A stretch of 64,000 nt of DNA from Escherichia coli (GCF_003334305.1 NZ_QOWS01000001.1); one strand, 5' to 3'; shown: positions 49,031 to 60,745, counted from the first letter of the stretch. Notes: generated by a model not told the origin, from the sequence alone. Numbers and translations are program-made.

Positions 49031-49949
49031 ATTTAGCCATGTCAGCAAACTGTTTGGCGCACAAAAAGCCGTTAACGATCTTAATCTCAATTTTCAGGAA
49101 GGGAGTTTTTCGGTGCTGATTGGCACATCTGGCTCCGGCAAATCCACCACCTTGAAAATGATTAACCGCCTGGTGGAACATGACAGCGGAGAGATCCGCT
49201 TTGCCGGAGAAGAAATTCGCTCGCTGCCAGTACTGGAGTTGCGCCGCCGGATGGGCTATGCCATTCAATCTATTGGCCTATTCCCCCACTGGAGCGTGGC
49301 GCAAAACATCGCTACCGTGCCGCAATTACAAAAATGGTCGCGGGCACGGATTGACGATCGTATCGACGAATTAATGACGCTACTGGGGCTGGAGTCAAAT
49401 TTGCGTGAGCGTTATCCGCATCAGCTTTCCGGTGGTCAGCAGCAACGTGTGGGAGTGGCGCGCGCACTGGCTGCCGATCCGCAAGTCTTACTGATGGATG
49501 AACCTTTTGGCGCACTGGACCCGGTAACGCGCGGCGCGTTGCAACAAGAGATGACGCGCATTCACCGTTTGCTGGGGCGCACTATTGTGCTGGTCACTCA
49601 TGATATTGATGAGGCGCTACGGCTGGCTGAACATCTGGTATTGATGGATCACGGTGAAGTGGTGCAGCAGGGCAATCCGCTGACGATGCTGACTCGTCCG
49701 GCGAATGATTTTGTCCGCCAGTTTTTTGGACGTAGCGAACTGGGTGTGCGTCTGCTTTCGTTACGTAGTGTGGCGGATTACGTGCGTCGCGAAGAACGGG
49801 CAGAAGGTGAGGCACTGGCAGAAGAGATGACGCTACGCGATGCGCTCTCCCTGTTTGTCGCGCGGGGTTGCGAGGTGCTGCCGGTGGTGAACACGCAGGG
49901 CCAGCCTTGCGGTACGCTGCATTTTCAGGATCTGCTGGTGGAGGCGTAA
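49023..49949 (+). CDS. yehX: ABC transporter ATP-binding protein YehX, 308 aa
   Basis: Walker [10 protein letters not shown], signature LSGGQQQR; overlaps the yehY stop. Confidence 0.9.
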   Translation: MIEFSHVSKLFGAQKAVNDLNLNFQEGSFSVLIGTSGSGKSTTLKMINRLVEHDSGEIRFAGEEIRSLPVLELRRRMGYAIQSIGLFPHWSVAQNIATVPQLQKWSRARIDDRIDELMTLLGLESNLRERYPHQLSGGQQQRVGVARALAADPQVLLMDEPFGALDPVTRGALQQEMTRIHRLLGRTIVLVTHDIDEALRLAEHLVLMDHGEVVQQGNPLTMLTRPANDFVRQFFGRSELGVRLLSLRSVADYVRREERAEGEALAEEMTLRDALSLFVARGCEVLPVVNTQGQPCGTLHFQDLLVEA

Positions 49950-49953
49950 GCGT

Positions 49954-50685
49954 ATGAAGATGTTGCGCGATCCGCTGTTCTGGCTCATTGCTTTGTTTGT
50001 GGCACTGATTTTCTGGCTGCCTTACAGCCAGCCGCTGTTTGCTGCCTTGTTCCCACAACTGCCACGACCCGTTTATCAGCAAGAAAGTTTTGCAGCTCTG
50101 GCACTGGCTCATTTCTGGCTGGTGGGAATTTCGAGTTTGTTTGCGGTGATCATTGGCACTGGTGCCGGAATTGCTGTCACTCGCCCGTGGGGCGCGGAAT
50201 TTCGCCCACTGGTGGAAACTATTGCCGCCGTTGGACAGACTTTTCCGCCTGTCGCAGTGCTGGCGATTGCCGTTCCGGTGATCGGCTTTGGTCTGCAACC
50301 AGCGATTATCGCCTTGATCCTTTACGGTGTGCTGCCCGTCCTGCAGGCGACACTTGCCGGGCTGGGAGCGATCGATGCCAGCGTGACAGAAGTTGCGAAA
50401 GGTATGGGAATGAGTCGTGGTCAGCGACTGCGTAAGGTCGAGCTACCGCTGGCGGCTCCGGTGATTCTGGCGGGCGTGCGAACTTCGGTGATTATCAACA
50501 TTGGTACGGCGACGATCGCCTCAACGGTAGGGGCCAGCACGCTGGGTACGCCCATCATCATCGGGCTTAGCGGATTTAATACCGCGTATGTGATCCAGGG
50601 GGCGTTACTGGTGGCACTGGCGGCGATCATCGCAGACCGCCTGTTTGAAAGGCTGTTGCAGGCGCTTAGCCAGCACGCAAAATAA
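49954..50685 (+). CDS. yehW: ABC transporter permease YehW, 243 aa
   Basis: Polytopic permease directly after yehX. Confidence 0.9.
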   Translation: MKMLRDPLFWLIALFVALIFWLPYSQPLFAALFPQLPRPVYQQESFAALALAHFWLVGISSLFAVIIGTGAGIAVTRPWGAEFRPLVETIAAVGQTFPPVAVLAIAVPVIGFGLQPAIIALILYGVLPVLQATLAGLGAIDASVTEVAKGMGMSRGQRLRKVELPLAAPVILAGVRTSVIINIGTATIASTVGASTLGTPIIIGLSGFNTAYVIQGALLVALAAIIADRLFERLLQALSQHAK

Positions 50686-50773
50686 AGGTATAACCTGCGA
50701 GCATGACGCCACCAATTCCGCCGAACGCCATAAACAGGAACAGGGCGATGACCCCAATTTTAGCTATGCGCAT
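50666..50773 (-). CDS. yohO: Small membrane protein YohO, 35 aa
   Basis: Hand-translated minus-strand [38 protein letters not shown]; its 3' end overlaps the yehW 3' end by about 20 nt. Confidence 0.65.
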   Translation of the reverse strand: MRIAKIGVIALFLFMAFGGIGGVMLAGYTFILRAG

Positions 50774-50832
50774 AATGCACTCCTTATGTTAACGAAAGGA
50801 TTGTACAGTAAAGCGCATTTGTTAACGAATCA

Positions 50833-51564
50833 TTAAATGCCGAGTGGGAAAATATCATGGCCTTGTTCTTGCCAACTGGTGAGTTGCTGCTGTTGGGCGG
50901 AGGTTCGATTTTCACCGCACCACACCAGCAATGTACGACCTTCGAATAGTTCAGGGCGTAGTTGATTGAGCGAGTGGGCGAGGACATCAATGCGCCATCC
51001 TTGTTGACTGGCAATCCAGCCCTCCAGCCACAGACGGGTGGTATCCTGAATATTCCAGCCAACCACCAGCGCATCTTTACCCTGTTTTTTACGTGCCGAA
51101 GCCAGACAAATGGCGATGTAGTTGATCAGTACGCCGTCGAGGATCGCCAGCAGCGCCTGGAGAGTCGGTTGTTGGCATTGAAGTCGTCGGCGCAGAGGAA
51201 TAAACAGATGTGTGGTGAGTGTCTGGGCGGGGTAATCCTGACCGCGCTCTTTGATCCACGTTCGCAGGCTATGCAGATTGCCGCTTTGCAGGTAGGTCAG
51301 TAATGTTTCTTGCTGATCGCGCCAGCCGTTCTGCACATCAACATTTTCATTACTGAGCAGCATTTTAACTTTGCTGACCTGCACGCCGTTGTCGATCCAG
51401 CGTTTGATCTCGCGGATACGGTCAATATCGGCATCGTTGAACAGTCGATGACCGCCGTCTGTCCGTTGCGGTTTCAGCAACCCGTAACGCCTCTGCCACG
51501 CGCGTAACGTGACAGGGTTAATATCACAAAGCAACGCCACTTCACCAATTGTGTAAAGCGCCAT
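50833..51564 (-). CDS. mlrA: MerR-family regulator MlrA (YehV), 243 aa
   Basis: N-terminal MerR HTH (MALYTIGEVALLCDINPVTLRAWQRRYGL). Confidence 0.9.
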   Translation of the reverse strand: MALYTIGEVALLCDINPVTLRAWQRRYGLLKPQRTDGGHRLFNDADIDRIREIKRWIDNGVQVSKVKMLLSNENVDVQNGWRDQQETLLTYLQSGNLHSLRTWIKERGQDYPAQTLTTHLFIPLRRRLQCQQPTLQALLAILDGVLINYIAICLASARKKQGKDALVVGWNIQDTTRLWLEGWIASQQGWRIDVLAHSLNQLRPELFEGRTLLVWCGENRTSAQQQQLTSWQEQGHDIFPLGI

Positions 51565-51785
51565 CGTCTCACCCTTGCTCGCGAGGTCCCGGTTTAACTT
51601 TAGACGCAGTTTTGCGAACCAGGTAGTTTTGCCCGTTTTTTGTGCATCTATAGGGTGATTTTATTTTTGCCAGGCGATTTTGAGTGATCGTACTCACGAA
51701 TTCTCATTTTTCTGCAAGAGTTCAAAGAAAGTTAAACGCAGGCAATGTATGTTACGCGTTTTAAAGGGAAGTGTGGTTTGCGGGT

Positions 51786-53471
51786 ATGTACGATTTTAAT
51801 CTGGTGTTGCTGCTGCTTCAGCAGATGTGCGTTTTTTTAGTCATTGCGTGGTTAATGAGTAAAACGCCATTATTCATACCGTTAATGCAGGTCACGGTTC
51901 GTCTGCCGCATAAATTTCTCTGCTACATCGTCTTTTCCATCTTCTGCATCATGGGCACCTGGTTTGGGTTGCACATTGACGATTCTATTGCCAATACCCG
52001 TGCGATAGGCGCGGTAATGGGCGGCTTACTCGGCGGTCCGGTCGTCGGTGGGCTGGTTGGTCTGACCGGCGGCTTACATCGATATTCGATGGGGGGCATG
52101 ACCGCGCTAAGTTGCATGATCTCAACCATCGTTGAAGGATTGCTCGGCGGCCTGGTACACAGCATCCTGATCCGTCGCGGGCGCACTGATAAAGTCTTTA
52201 ACCCCATTACCGCCGGTGCCGTCACGTTCGTCGCTGAAATGGTGCAAATGCTGATCATCCTTGCGATCGCCCGACCTTATGAAGATGCGGTGCGTCTGGT
52301 GAGTAATATTGCTGCACCAATGATGGTCACCAATACCGTCGGCGCGGCGCTGTTTATGCGTATATTGCTCGATAAACGCGCGATGTTTGAAAAATACACT
52401 TCTGCTTTTTCTGCCACTGCGCTGAAAGTGGCAGCCTCGACGGAAGGCATTTTGCGACAGGGGTTTAACGAAGTGAACAGCATGAAAGTGGCTCAGGTGC
52501 TGTATCAGGAGCTGGATATTGGTGCAGTCGCGATTACCGATCGAGAGAAATTGCTGGCCTTTACCGGAATTGGTGACGACCACCATTTACCCGGCAAACC
52601 GATTTCTTCGACTTACACCTTAAAAGCGATTGAAACCGGTGAAGTGGTCTACGCTGATGGCAACGAAGTACCTTATCGTTGCTCTTTGCATCCGCAATGC
52701 AAACTGGGGTCGACGCTGGTAATTCCGTTGCGTGGCGAAAATCAGCGCGTGATGGGCACCATCAAATTGTATGAAGCCAAAAACCGTTTATTCAGTTCAA
52801 TAAACCGCACGCTGGGCGAGGGGATTGCGCAACTGCTTTCGGCGCAGATTCTTGCCGGGCAATATGAGCGGCAAAAAGCGATGCTCACCCAGTCAGAAAT
52901 CAAACTGCTTCACGCCCAGGTGAATCCTCATTTTTTGTTTAATGCGCTTAACACCATTAAAGCGGTGATCCGCCGCGACAGCGAACAGGCCAGCCAGCTG
53001 GTGCAGTATCTTTCCACTTTTTTCCGCAAAAACTTAAAGCGGCCTTCGGAGTTTGTTACTCTCGCCGACGAAATTGAACATGTGAACGCTTATCTGCAAA
53101 TTGAAAAGGCGCGCTTCCAGTCGCGGTTGCAGGTCAACATTGCTATTCCGCAAGAATTATCCCAGCAGCAATTGCCCGCGTTTACCCTGCAACCGATAGT
53201 GGAAAACGCCATTAAACATGGGACATCACAACTGCTGGATACAGGGCGAGTGGCAATCAGCGCCCGACGTGAGGGGCAACATTTGATGCTGGAGATCGAA
53301 GACAATGCCGGTTTGTATCAACCGGTAACCAATGCCAGTGGGCTGGGGATGAATCTGGTGGATAAGCGTTTACGTGAACGGTTTGGCGATGACTATGGAA
53401 TAAGCGTCGCCTGTGAGCCTGATAGTTACACCCGAATAACGTTACGACTACCATGGAGGGACGAGGCATGA
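51786..53471 (+). CDS. btsS: Sensor histidine kinase BtsS (YehU), 561 aa
   Basis: ORF 51771..53471; start at ATG 51786 ([11 protein letters not shown]); 5TM/GAF/His-kinase organisation ([15 protein letters not shown]). Confidence 0.9.
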
Positions 53472-54187
53472 TTAAAGTCTTAATTGTCGATGATGAACCG
53501 TTAGCACGGGAGAACCTGCGCGTATTTTTGCAGGAGCAGAGCGATATTGAAATCGTTGGAGAGTGTTCAAACGCCGTGGAAGGGATCGGCGCGGTGCATA
53601 AACTGCGCCCGGATGTGCTGTTTCTCGATATCCAGATGCCGCGCATCAGTGGTCTGGAAATGGTGGGGATGCTTGACCCGGAACATCGCCCGTATATTGT
53701 TTTTCTCACTGCGTTTGACGAATACGCTATTAAAGCCTTTGAAGAACATGCCTTTGATTATCTGCTGAAGCCAATTGATGAAGCGCGACTGGAGAAAACG
53801 CTGGCGCGATTGCGTCAGGAGCGCAGCAAGCAGGATGTTTCGCTGTTACCGGAAAATCAACAGGCGCTGAAATTTATCCCTTGTACGGGGCATAGTCGGA
53901 TTTATTTGCTGCAAATGAAAGATGTGGCATTTGTCAGCAGTCGGATGAGCGGTGTCTACGTTACCAGCCACGAAGGGAAAGAGGGCTTTACCGAATTGAC
54001 ATTACGTACCCTGGAAAGTCGTACACCACTACTGCGCTGCCATCGTCAGTATCTGGTTAACCTCGCGCATTTACAGGAGATTCGTCTGGAAGATAACGGC
54101 CAGGCCGAGTTGATTTTGCGTAATGGCTTAACCGTGCCGGTCAGCCGCCGTTATCTGAAAAGCTTAAAAGAGGCGATTGGCCTGTAA
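53468..54187 (+). CDS. btsR: LytTR-family response regulator BtsR (YehT), 239 aa
   Basis: ORF 53453..54187; start at 53468 ([11 protein letters not shown]), overlapping the btsS stop. Confidence 0.9.
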
Positions 54188-54233
54188 AAGACTGCTAAAA
54201 TGGCTTTTTGCCTCATCAACACCTGAAGGCCTC

Positions 54234-54704
54234 ATGCTAAGTAACGATATTCTGCGCAGCGTGCGCTACATTTTGAAAGCCAATAATAATGACCTGGTGC
54301 GTATTCTGGCGCTGGGTAATGTCGAAGCCACCGCGGAACAGATCGCCGTCTGGCTACGTAAAGAAGACGAAGAGGGTTTTCAGCGTTGTCCGGACATTGT
54401 TTTGTCGTCATTCCTCAACGGCCTGATTTATGAAAAACGCGGCAAGGATGAGTCTGCTCCGGCACTGGAGCCGGAACGTCGCATTAATAACAACATCGTG
54501 CTGAAAAAATTACGCATCGCGTTTTCGCTGAAAACCGATGACATTCTGGCTATCCTCACCGAACAGCAGTTCCGCGTTTCGATGCCGGAAATTACAGCGA
54601 TGATGCGCGCACCGGATCATAAAAACTTCCGCGAATGCGGCGATCAATTTTTACGTTATTTTCTGCGTGGACTGGCAGCGCGCCAGCATGTGAAGAAAAG
54701 CTAA
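54234..54704 (+). CDS. yehS: DUF1456 protein YehS, 156 aa
   Basis: ORF 54177..54704; start set at ATG 54234 (MLSNDILRSVRY). Confidence 0.85.
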   Translation: MLSNDILRSVRYILKANNNDLVRILALGNVEATAEQIAVWLRKEDEEGFQRCPDIVLSSFLNGLIYEKRGKDESAPALEPERRINNNIVLKKLRIAFSLKTDDILAILTEQQFRVSMPEITAMMRAPDHKNFRECGDQFLRYFLRGLAARQHVKKS

Positions 54705-54713
54705 GACGGGTAT

Positions 54714-54738
54714 GGCGGCCATGCGAAACATGGCCGCC
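54714..54738. terminator. Perfect 10-bp palindromic hairpin between convergent yehS and yehR (possible bidirectional terminator, no U-tract)
   Basis: GGCGGCCATG-cgaaa-CATGGCCGCC. Confidence 0.35.
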
Positions 54739-54744
54739 GACAGA

Positions 54745-55206
54745 TTATTTCACTTCTTTAAAACCAGCGGCTTTCATCACCAGTTCCATTTGCGCCATAG
54801 TGATACCTTTTTTGGCATCTTCAGCAGAAACGTTGATTCCTGAAATACCCTGCAGGGCTTTAAAATCCACTTTTTCCATATCGATAGTCACGTTTTCCTG
54901 CGCGTAGGTATCTGTATAGGTTAATTTTTCTTCAACACCCGCGATGTTTTTGTATTTGGCGCTTAACGGCTCAAGTGTCTTGGCAGCGTCTTCTTTGGTG
55001 GTTGCACCAATAGAAGCAAATTGAATTTTGGTTTCAGAAGATTGCTTAAGCACCTTGTCACCTTTGTAGACATAGGTAATGGCAATTTCAGTGCCGTTCA
55101 GATTGGCGCTGAATTTCTTCGATTCTTCTTTGTCACCGCAGCCAGCAAGAGAGAAAACCAGAACAGATGCAACAACGAGGGAAAACAGCTTATTGAAAGC
55201 CTTCAT
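54745..55206 (-). CDS. yehR: Lipoprotein YehR (DUF1307), 153 aa
   Basis: ORF 54745..55218; start at 55206 (MKAFNKLFSLVVASVLVFSLAGC lipobox). Confidence 0.85.
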   Translation of the reverse strand: MKAFNKLFSLVVASVLVFSLAGCGDKEESKKFSANLNGTEIAITYVYKGDKVLKQSSETKIQFASIGATTKEDAAKTLEPLSAKYKNIAGVEEKLTYTDTYAQENVTIDMEKVDFKALQGISGINVSAEDAKKGITMAQMELVMKAAGFKEVK

Positions 55207-55330
55207 GTAAAACTCCATTTTATTTAATCAAGAAACTGGTGACTCTCACCAGGGGCTATATAGAATATGCCTAATACCGTGACGTGAGCAGTCCGGAACT
55301 GGAGTAGAACTCTTAGTAAAAAGCACTATT

Positions 55331-57331
55331 TCATCCTTGTTGCTGAAGCATGGGGAATAATTGTTCGCAAAGTAAAACACCGTTATTCATTGCTTCTACC
55401 CGTGCCTCGCTTTCTGTATTACGAAATTGTCCCAACACATGTGCCAGCCGATAAAAACCGACCGCGGAGAGGTCATTCGCCAGCAACTCTGCCTGACTAA
55501 TAGCGCTCTGTTCCTGATAGCGCCAGCCGTTATGGAGCAGTTGAATAAGTAACGCCTGGCAGCGCATCAGCAACTGATGAGCGGTAGACGGCACAGGCAA
55601 AACGCTGGCAGAAGGTAGCGGTGCCACAGGCGCAGTTTCTGCGTCCAGCGCCCAGGCGCGGGTTTTTGTCATCATCACCCGTGGTTCCAGTGTCAATTGC
55701 CCATCAACAAAACTGACAAAGCCAGAAACCAGACTCACGGGGTCGTCTGTTTGTTGCAAAAGCGCCGCCATGCGTTCAACGGCAAAAGGAGAACAGGCAG
55801 ATGCCGGAAGGGATAACGTCAGGAGATTATCTTCACCTTCGCCGCTGATTACCTGCGCATCCAGCGTCTGGCGGCTGCTATCCCAACCGAGCGAAATACA
55901 CTCAGCGACCGGCAGAATAAATAAGTTATCGACCTGATTAAGAGGCCGTATGCAGGCGGGGGGACGCTGGCGTAAATATTCCCGCAAAGCCACAATGCCC
56001 GGCTGGCGTAACGGCGCGCTCAACATTTGCCAGGCATCAGGCGACAGCGGCACAACGCTGCTTAAGCGGTTGCGGGTAGCTAACAGCAGCTCGCCATCGG
56101 CACTGCGTTTTGCTGCTTGTGAAACAATTTGCCCACCCGCCAGTGCGCCAGCCTGAAAACTAAACAGCCGACGCGTAGCTGCCGGTGAGTTTTCCTGTTC
56201 ACTTCGCGGCCAACTGCGCGAAAGGTGCAAAATACTGCCGGTGTCGGGATCGGTAAACCAGATGCGTAAACCATAATGCTCAATATCCTGCCAGCAACGC
56301 ATACCTAAAGACACCAGCCGCAGATGATCAAGCTTTGCTTCTCCGGCAATGCCAGAGCCAACGACCGTGCGCCACGGCACAGGAGGAACTTCACCAACAC
56401 TGTCGCGCCGGGCCATCTCTTGTGCGCAATTTAATCGACTGTTTAATGCCGCAAGCTGACGTAAGCATTCTCCGGCATGATAGTGGCTGGCGCGGGCGTG
56501 GAAGGCATCAACGCTTGCCCGTAGCTGTCGTAGTGATTCACTCACCCATCGCCAGTTGCAGCGTTCCGCCGCCTGCTGCGCGCGACTGAAAGCGGCCTCG
56601 TAGTGAATAAGCGGCTGGCTGATGCCGCCCAGCCATAATGCCTGGCTTAATTGCTGAACATATTGACGACACGCGTTACCCTCGTCGTTGGCAAACGGAT
56701 CGTCAGATGATGTGACGTGTTCGCTGCGCATCTGCCAGATTAAATGAGTAAATTCCGCTTGCTGAGTTTTGGCCTCGACGAAGGCCTGCACAGCCAGTAC
56801 GACATGTTCGCAAAGTGTGCCTTCAATACAATCACAACGGGCGAAACGAATACTGCTGCGGGAATAAAAACGCACATCGCTCATCGGTAAGCGGGCAGAG
56901 GGAATTTCGCCCGGCGTACAGAACAACTCAATGGTGATGCCTTTAGCGACCAACGCCTGTGCGCGTTTGCGGGTGGCATCGGGCAGGGTAGCCAGTTCTT
57001 CCAGCCAGATTGCCGGATCCCACGCTTCTTCTTTTTCCGTAGGCTGGGCGGTAGTACAAAGTCGTTGATAACTTAACACAAGCATCACGCGATGACGGCA
57101 CATACCGCTGGCCCCGCAGCTGCACTGAGCCTCTTTCAGTGCCTGGCTGTTCGCCAGCTGGGTACGGACACCGTCACTGAAGGTGGCGATTAAAGCGCTG
57201 TTCTCATGGCTGATTTCCGGGACGTTGCCATTTTCCAGTTCCTTAAGACTGCGCTTAACAAAACCGGCATTGCTTAACGCCGTCAGGGCCTGCGGTGTCA
57301 GTTCTAATAATTCCGGACGTAGTGAATTCAT
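55331..57331 (-). CDS. yehQ: SWIM zinc-finger domain protein YehQ, 666 aa from this start
   Basis: ORF 55331..57355; start assigned to ATG 57331 because it forms an ATGA overlap with the yehP stop; Cys/His cluster near the N-terminus (CSCGASGMCRH). Confidence 0.85.
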   Translation of the reverse strand: MNSLRPELLELTPQALTALSNAGFVKRSLKELENGNVPEISHENSALIATFSDGVRTQLANSQALKEAQCSCGASGMCRHRVMLVLSYQRLCTTAQPTEKEEAWDPAIWLEELATLPDATRKRAQALVAKGITIELFCTPGEIPSARLPMSDVRFYSRSSIRFARCDCIEGTLCEHVVLAVQAFVEAKTQQAEFTHLIWQMRSEHVTSSDDPFANDEGNACRQYVQQLSQALWLGGISQPLIHYEAAFSRAQQAAERCNWRWVSESLRQLRASVDAFHARASHYHAGECLRQLAALNSRLNCAQEMARRDSVGEVPPVPWRTVVGSGIAGEAKLDHLRLVSLGMRCWQDIEHYGLRIWFTDPDTGSILHLSRSWPRSEQENSPAATRRLFSFQAGALAGGQIVSQAAKRSADGELLLATRNRLSSVVPLSPDAWQMLSAPLRQPGIVALREYLRQRPPACIRPLNQVDNLFILPVAECISLGWDSSRQTLDAQVISGEGEDNLLTLSLPASACSPFAVERMAALLQQTDDPVSLVSGFVSFVDGQLTLEPRVMMTKTRAWALDAETAPVAPLPSASVLPVPSTAHQLLMRCQALLIQLLHNGWRYQEQSAISQAELLANDLSAVGFYRLAHVLGQFRNTESEARVEAMNNGVLLCEQLFPMLQQQG

Positions 57332-58464
57332 GACTGAAGATTCTCCGCAAGCCATGATGCCAGCTCGCCCGGTGTCATGGCGGCTATTTGTGCGCCGACA
57401 TTTACCAGCGCCTGGGCCGTATCGTGGTCATAGCAAGGTGTTGCTGTGCTATCGAGCGCTGCCAGTCCCAGCACTTTGATGCAGCTCTGGACACACTTTT
57501 TCACCTGATGCGTCAGTAATGATGATGAACCCCCTTCGTAAAAATCGCTCACGAGGATAATGACGCTTTTCGCTGGTTGTTCAATAAGTTGCCGACCATA
57601 CTCCACGGCACTGGCGATATTGGTCCCGCCGCCCAACTGTACTTTCATTAATAACTCTACCGGATCGGCAACGTCTGCCGTGAGATCAACGACGCTTGTG
57701 TCAAACGCCACCAGATGGGTACGAATGCCGGGTAACTGCCACAAACAGGCCGCCATCACCGCAGAGTGGATCACCGAATCGACCATCGATCCGCTTTGAT
57801 CAACCAGTAAGACCAGTTGCCATTGTTCGCTTTGGCGTTTAATGCGGCTGTTAAAGCGGGGGGATTCGATATACAACTTGCCGTGTTGCGGGTGCCAGTG
57901 TTGCAGGTTGGCGCGCAGAGTACTTTTGAAATCAAAGTTTCGCGCCAGTGGAATAAATGAACGGCGACGGCGATCGCGGACACCAGAAAAAGCCTGACGA
58001 ACTTCCTTTGCCAGTCGCGCCATAATTTCTTCAACAACCTGGCGCACTATCTGGCGGGCGGCAGCCAGTACTTCGGGATTCATCAGATGTTTGGTGTGCA
58101 AAACGGCGCGTAGCAGGCTTTCCGAAGGCTGCATACGTTCCAGCACGTCGAGATTTGTCACCACATCTTCAATGCCGTAGCGCAGTACGGCATCGCTTTC
58201 CAGCCGCTCAATCACCTGTTGCGGAAACAGCGTGTGGATACTGTTGATCCACTCAGGAGTGGTGAGATTTGAGCCACCTAATCCACCAGAGCGTTCACCA
58301 CGCTGGAGCCGTTCAGGATCGCGCCCATACAGCCACTCCAGCGCGTGATCTATCTGCCGGGCGTTGTCATCCAGCCCACAAAGCGTCGTTTCTGCCGCTT
58401 CGCCAAGAATTAATCGCCAGCGTTGTAGCTCACGGGTGGTCAGAAGATCGTTCAGTTCAGACAT
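57328..58464 (-). CDS. yehP: von Willebrand factor A (VWA) domain protein YehP, 378 aa
   Basis: ORF 57328..58692; start at 58464 (MSELNDLLTTRELQRW); VWA/MIDAS-like region (LLVDQSGSM). Confidence 0.88.
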   Translation of the reverse strand: MSELNDLLTTRELQRWRLILGEAAETTLCGLDDNARQIDHALEWLYGRDPERLQRGERSGGLGGSNLTTPEWINSIHTLFPQQVIERLESDAVLRYGIEDVVTNLDVLERMQPSESLLRAVLHTKHLMNPEVLAAARQIVRQVVEEIMARLAKEVRQAFSGVRDRRRRSFIPLARNFDFKSTLRANLQHWHPQHGKLYIESPRFNSRIKRQSEQWQLVLLVDQSGSMVDSVIHSAVMAACLWQLPGIRTHLVAFDTSVVDLTADVADPVELLMKVQLGGGTNIASAVEYGRQLIEQPAKSVIILVSDFYEGGSSSLLTHQVKKCVQSCIKVLGLAALDSTATPCYDHDTAQALVNVGAQIAAMTPGELASWLAENLQS

Positions 58465-60735
58465 GGAAAACTCCCCAGTGTTGCAGCGATGCCAGTGCCT
58501 GCTGTTCGAGTTGTTGATGATGTGCAATGGCTTGCGGTGGACAATGCAACGGCATTTGCAGTGCCGAAACGGGAAGTTGCGCCAGTTGATAATGCTCAAG
58601 CACCTGATGCGCCAGCGTTCCGCGTTCTCGTGGCGGTAGCCAGGCCATCGCCGCGCGTAAATCGGGCAGGGCATTGATAAAATCGGCATCACTTAGTTGA
58701 TTTAAATGACTGCTGAAACCGGCGATAAATGTCGGCTGACAGGCCAGTTGATGACGGGCTAATGCCAGCAAACCTTGCAGCGCCTCGCCGGATTGTGCCG
58801 GGGATAACTGCGCCAGCATCGTCAGCGCCGCTTCGGCACTGGCGTTGGGATGTTCCAGACGCATTAGTGCGCCAAGAACCGCGCCGCGATCCAGCGCCGG
58901 GGCATGAATCGCCTGACTGCGTCGCTCCAGTAAGGCTACCGCCGCAGAAAGCGAAACGCCGGATAAATTAACGCCGCTATGTAGATCGCGCAGAATATGG
59001 CAAAGCGCTTGCCAGCTATGCAGGTGAGCGTGAAACTCCTTTTCATCCGGTCTGCCGTTAGATTCACACAGCCACAGCGTGCGATCGATAGCGCGCATAA
59101 CGTCGTTTGTAATATCTGCGCGCCTTGCATACCGCTAATTTCATCCAGCCGCCATAAGGCATATAGCACTTCCAGCGCCTGGCCCATTTCGGCAAATTGA
59201 TTTTCCTGGGCGATTAATAATGTGAGTTGCTCCAGTAATTGTTGACTGAAGGACGCCAGACCCGCTAACGCCGCCTGGCTAAGACATGTGGTGATACTGC
59301 CGATTCCACCCGCGTCCAGCATATCGGCTTCTAATTTATGGCGTGCGGCTTCCTGGAGTGTTGCACCAAAGCAGGCGGCCTCAATCAATGCCGCATGCTG
59401 GCTAAGCGGGCGGGTTAATTTCCAGCGTTCTTCACCGTTGCCTGCAAGTGTCAGTGTGCTTCCCTGCTGGCGTACAATCCCTGGGATCTCCAGTATTGCC
59501 AGCCGATGTAACACCTGACTTTGCGCTAGTCCATTGGGGTTAAAGCGATTTAAGGTAAGCTCCGCCGGAAGAGAGATTGCGGTACGTTCCAGTTCGCAGG
59601 TGACATCTTTTGGCAGAGGCGGTTGTGGCGTAGAAGGGGCAAGTTTACCGAATCCGTCACCCGCTAATGTGTCTATCAACGTTAGCAGAATCGGATCGGT
59701 ATCGGGATGAATAACGCCGCGATAGCTCCACGGCAACGGCGCATTCAGGGCTTCTTTAATCAGCGAGCCTGCTATGGCATCCAGCCAGTCAGTGCGTAAC
59801 GGTAGTGTATGACCGCGCAACTGTGCCAGCGCCATCGCATGCAGATGAGCGGCAGCCATATCCGCGGTCGAAGCAGGCAACTTGTGCTGGCGCAAACGGG
59901 TGAGAACCGTTTTTAGCAGTTGTTCTCCCGCCTGCTGTAAGCCCCACTGCCAGCACCAGTTTTGCCAGACCGGGGCAGGCATTCCGGAAAGGTATCCTGC
60001 CAGCACATCAAGGCGCTTTTCACTGTAGGGGGTGAGATAACAACCTGTAACGGCATCTGCCAGCGACGGCAATTCTGGCGTGTTAATTTCCTGCGGGCAT
60101 TCGCGCCACATTTTTGCCAGTACCGGAGCGTGCCAGCCACCGCAGACAACTAACACGTCGCCATTATTTTGCTGCATCGCCCATCCAATCCAGCGGGCCA
60201 TAAAGGCTTCGCGCAGACGATTGAGAGCATCTCCGGGGGAGTCGCCCCGCAGTTGGGCAAAATAGTGCGCCAGTGCAGAGGGTAATGCAGTTTGCTGGCT
60301 TTCATCTTCGAACAAGTGATCCCACAGGGTGTCGCTGTTATCCATGCGGGTGGCACGCAGCAGCAAGGCCTGGCTTTCCTCTTGCGTATCAGGCGAATCG
60401 TCCACTTCTTCACTCTGCGCCCAGCAAGGCAAATCGATGAAGTAAGTTTGTGCCTGAATACGACGTGCGGCTTGTAGCGCCTGCCACTCCGGCGAAAATT
60501 CAGCAAATGGCGTCCAGGCACCACGCCCGGGGGCTGCACCGTCCTGATACTGGCAATAACTGTAAATAGCTACCGGAAGCTGGTGGGCTAAAAACAGTTC
60601 GTCTACCCGGTCATTAAAATCAGCCGGGCCTTCAATCAATACGTATCGTGGCCGCTGGCTTTCGATTAACGATTTCACCAGCCGGGCGCAGGCCGGACTA
60701 TGATGCCGGATGCCGACAATTAACGGCTCGCTCAT
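58457..60735 (-). CDS. yehM: YehM, interrupted by an apparent frameshift (fragments 58936..60735 and 58457..59098 in different frames)
   Basis: Two overlapping minus-strand ORFs span 2279 nt (not a multiple of 3); N-terminal fragment starts MSEPLIVGIRHH at 60735; the C-terminal fragment ends overlapping the yehP start. Either a pseudogene or a sequence indel. Confidence 0.7.
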
Positions 60736-60745
60736 GCATCTTTCC

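Noticed and set aside
58457-60735. yehM split ORFs as a possible programmed frameshift
   Set aside because: No slippery heptamer or downstream stimulatory structure recognised; a simple indel (pseudogene or sequencing error) is more parsimonious.
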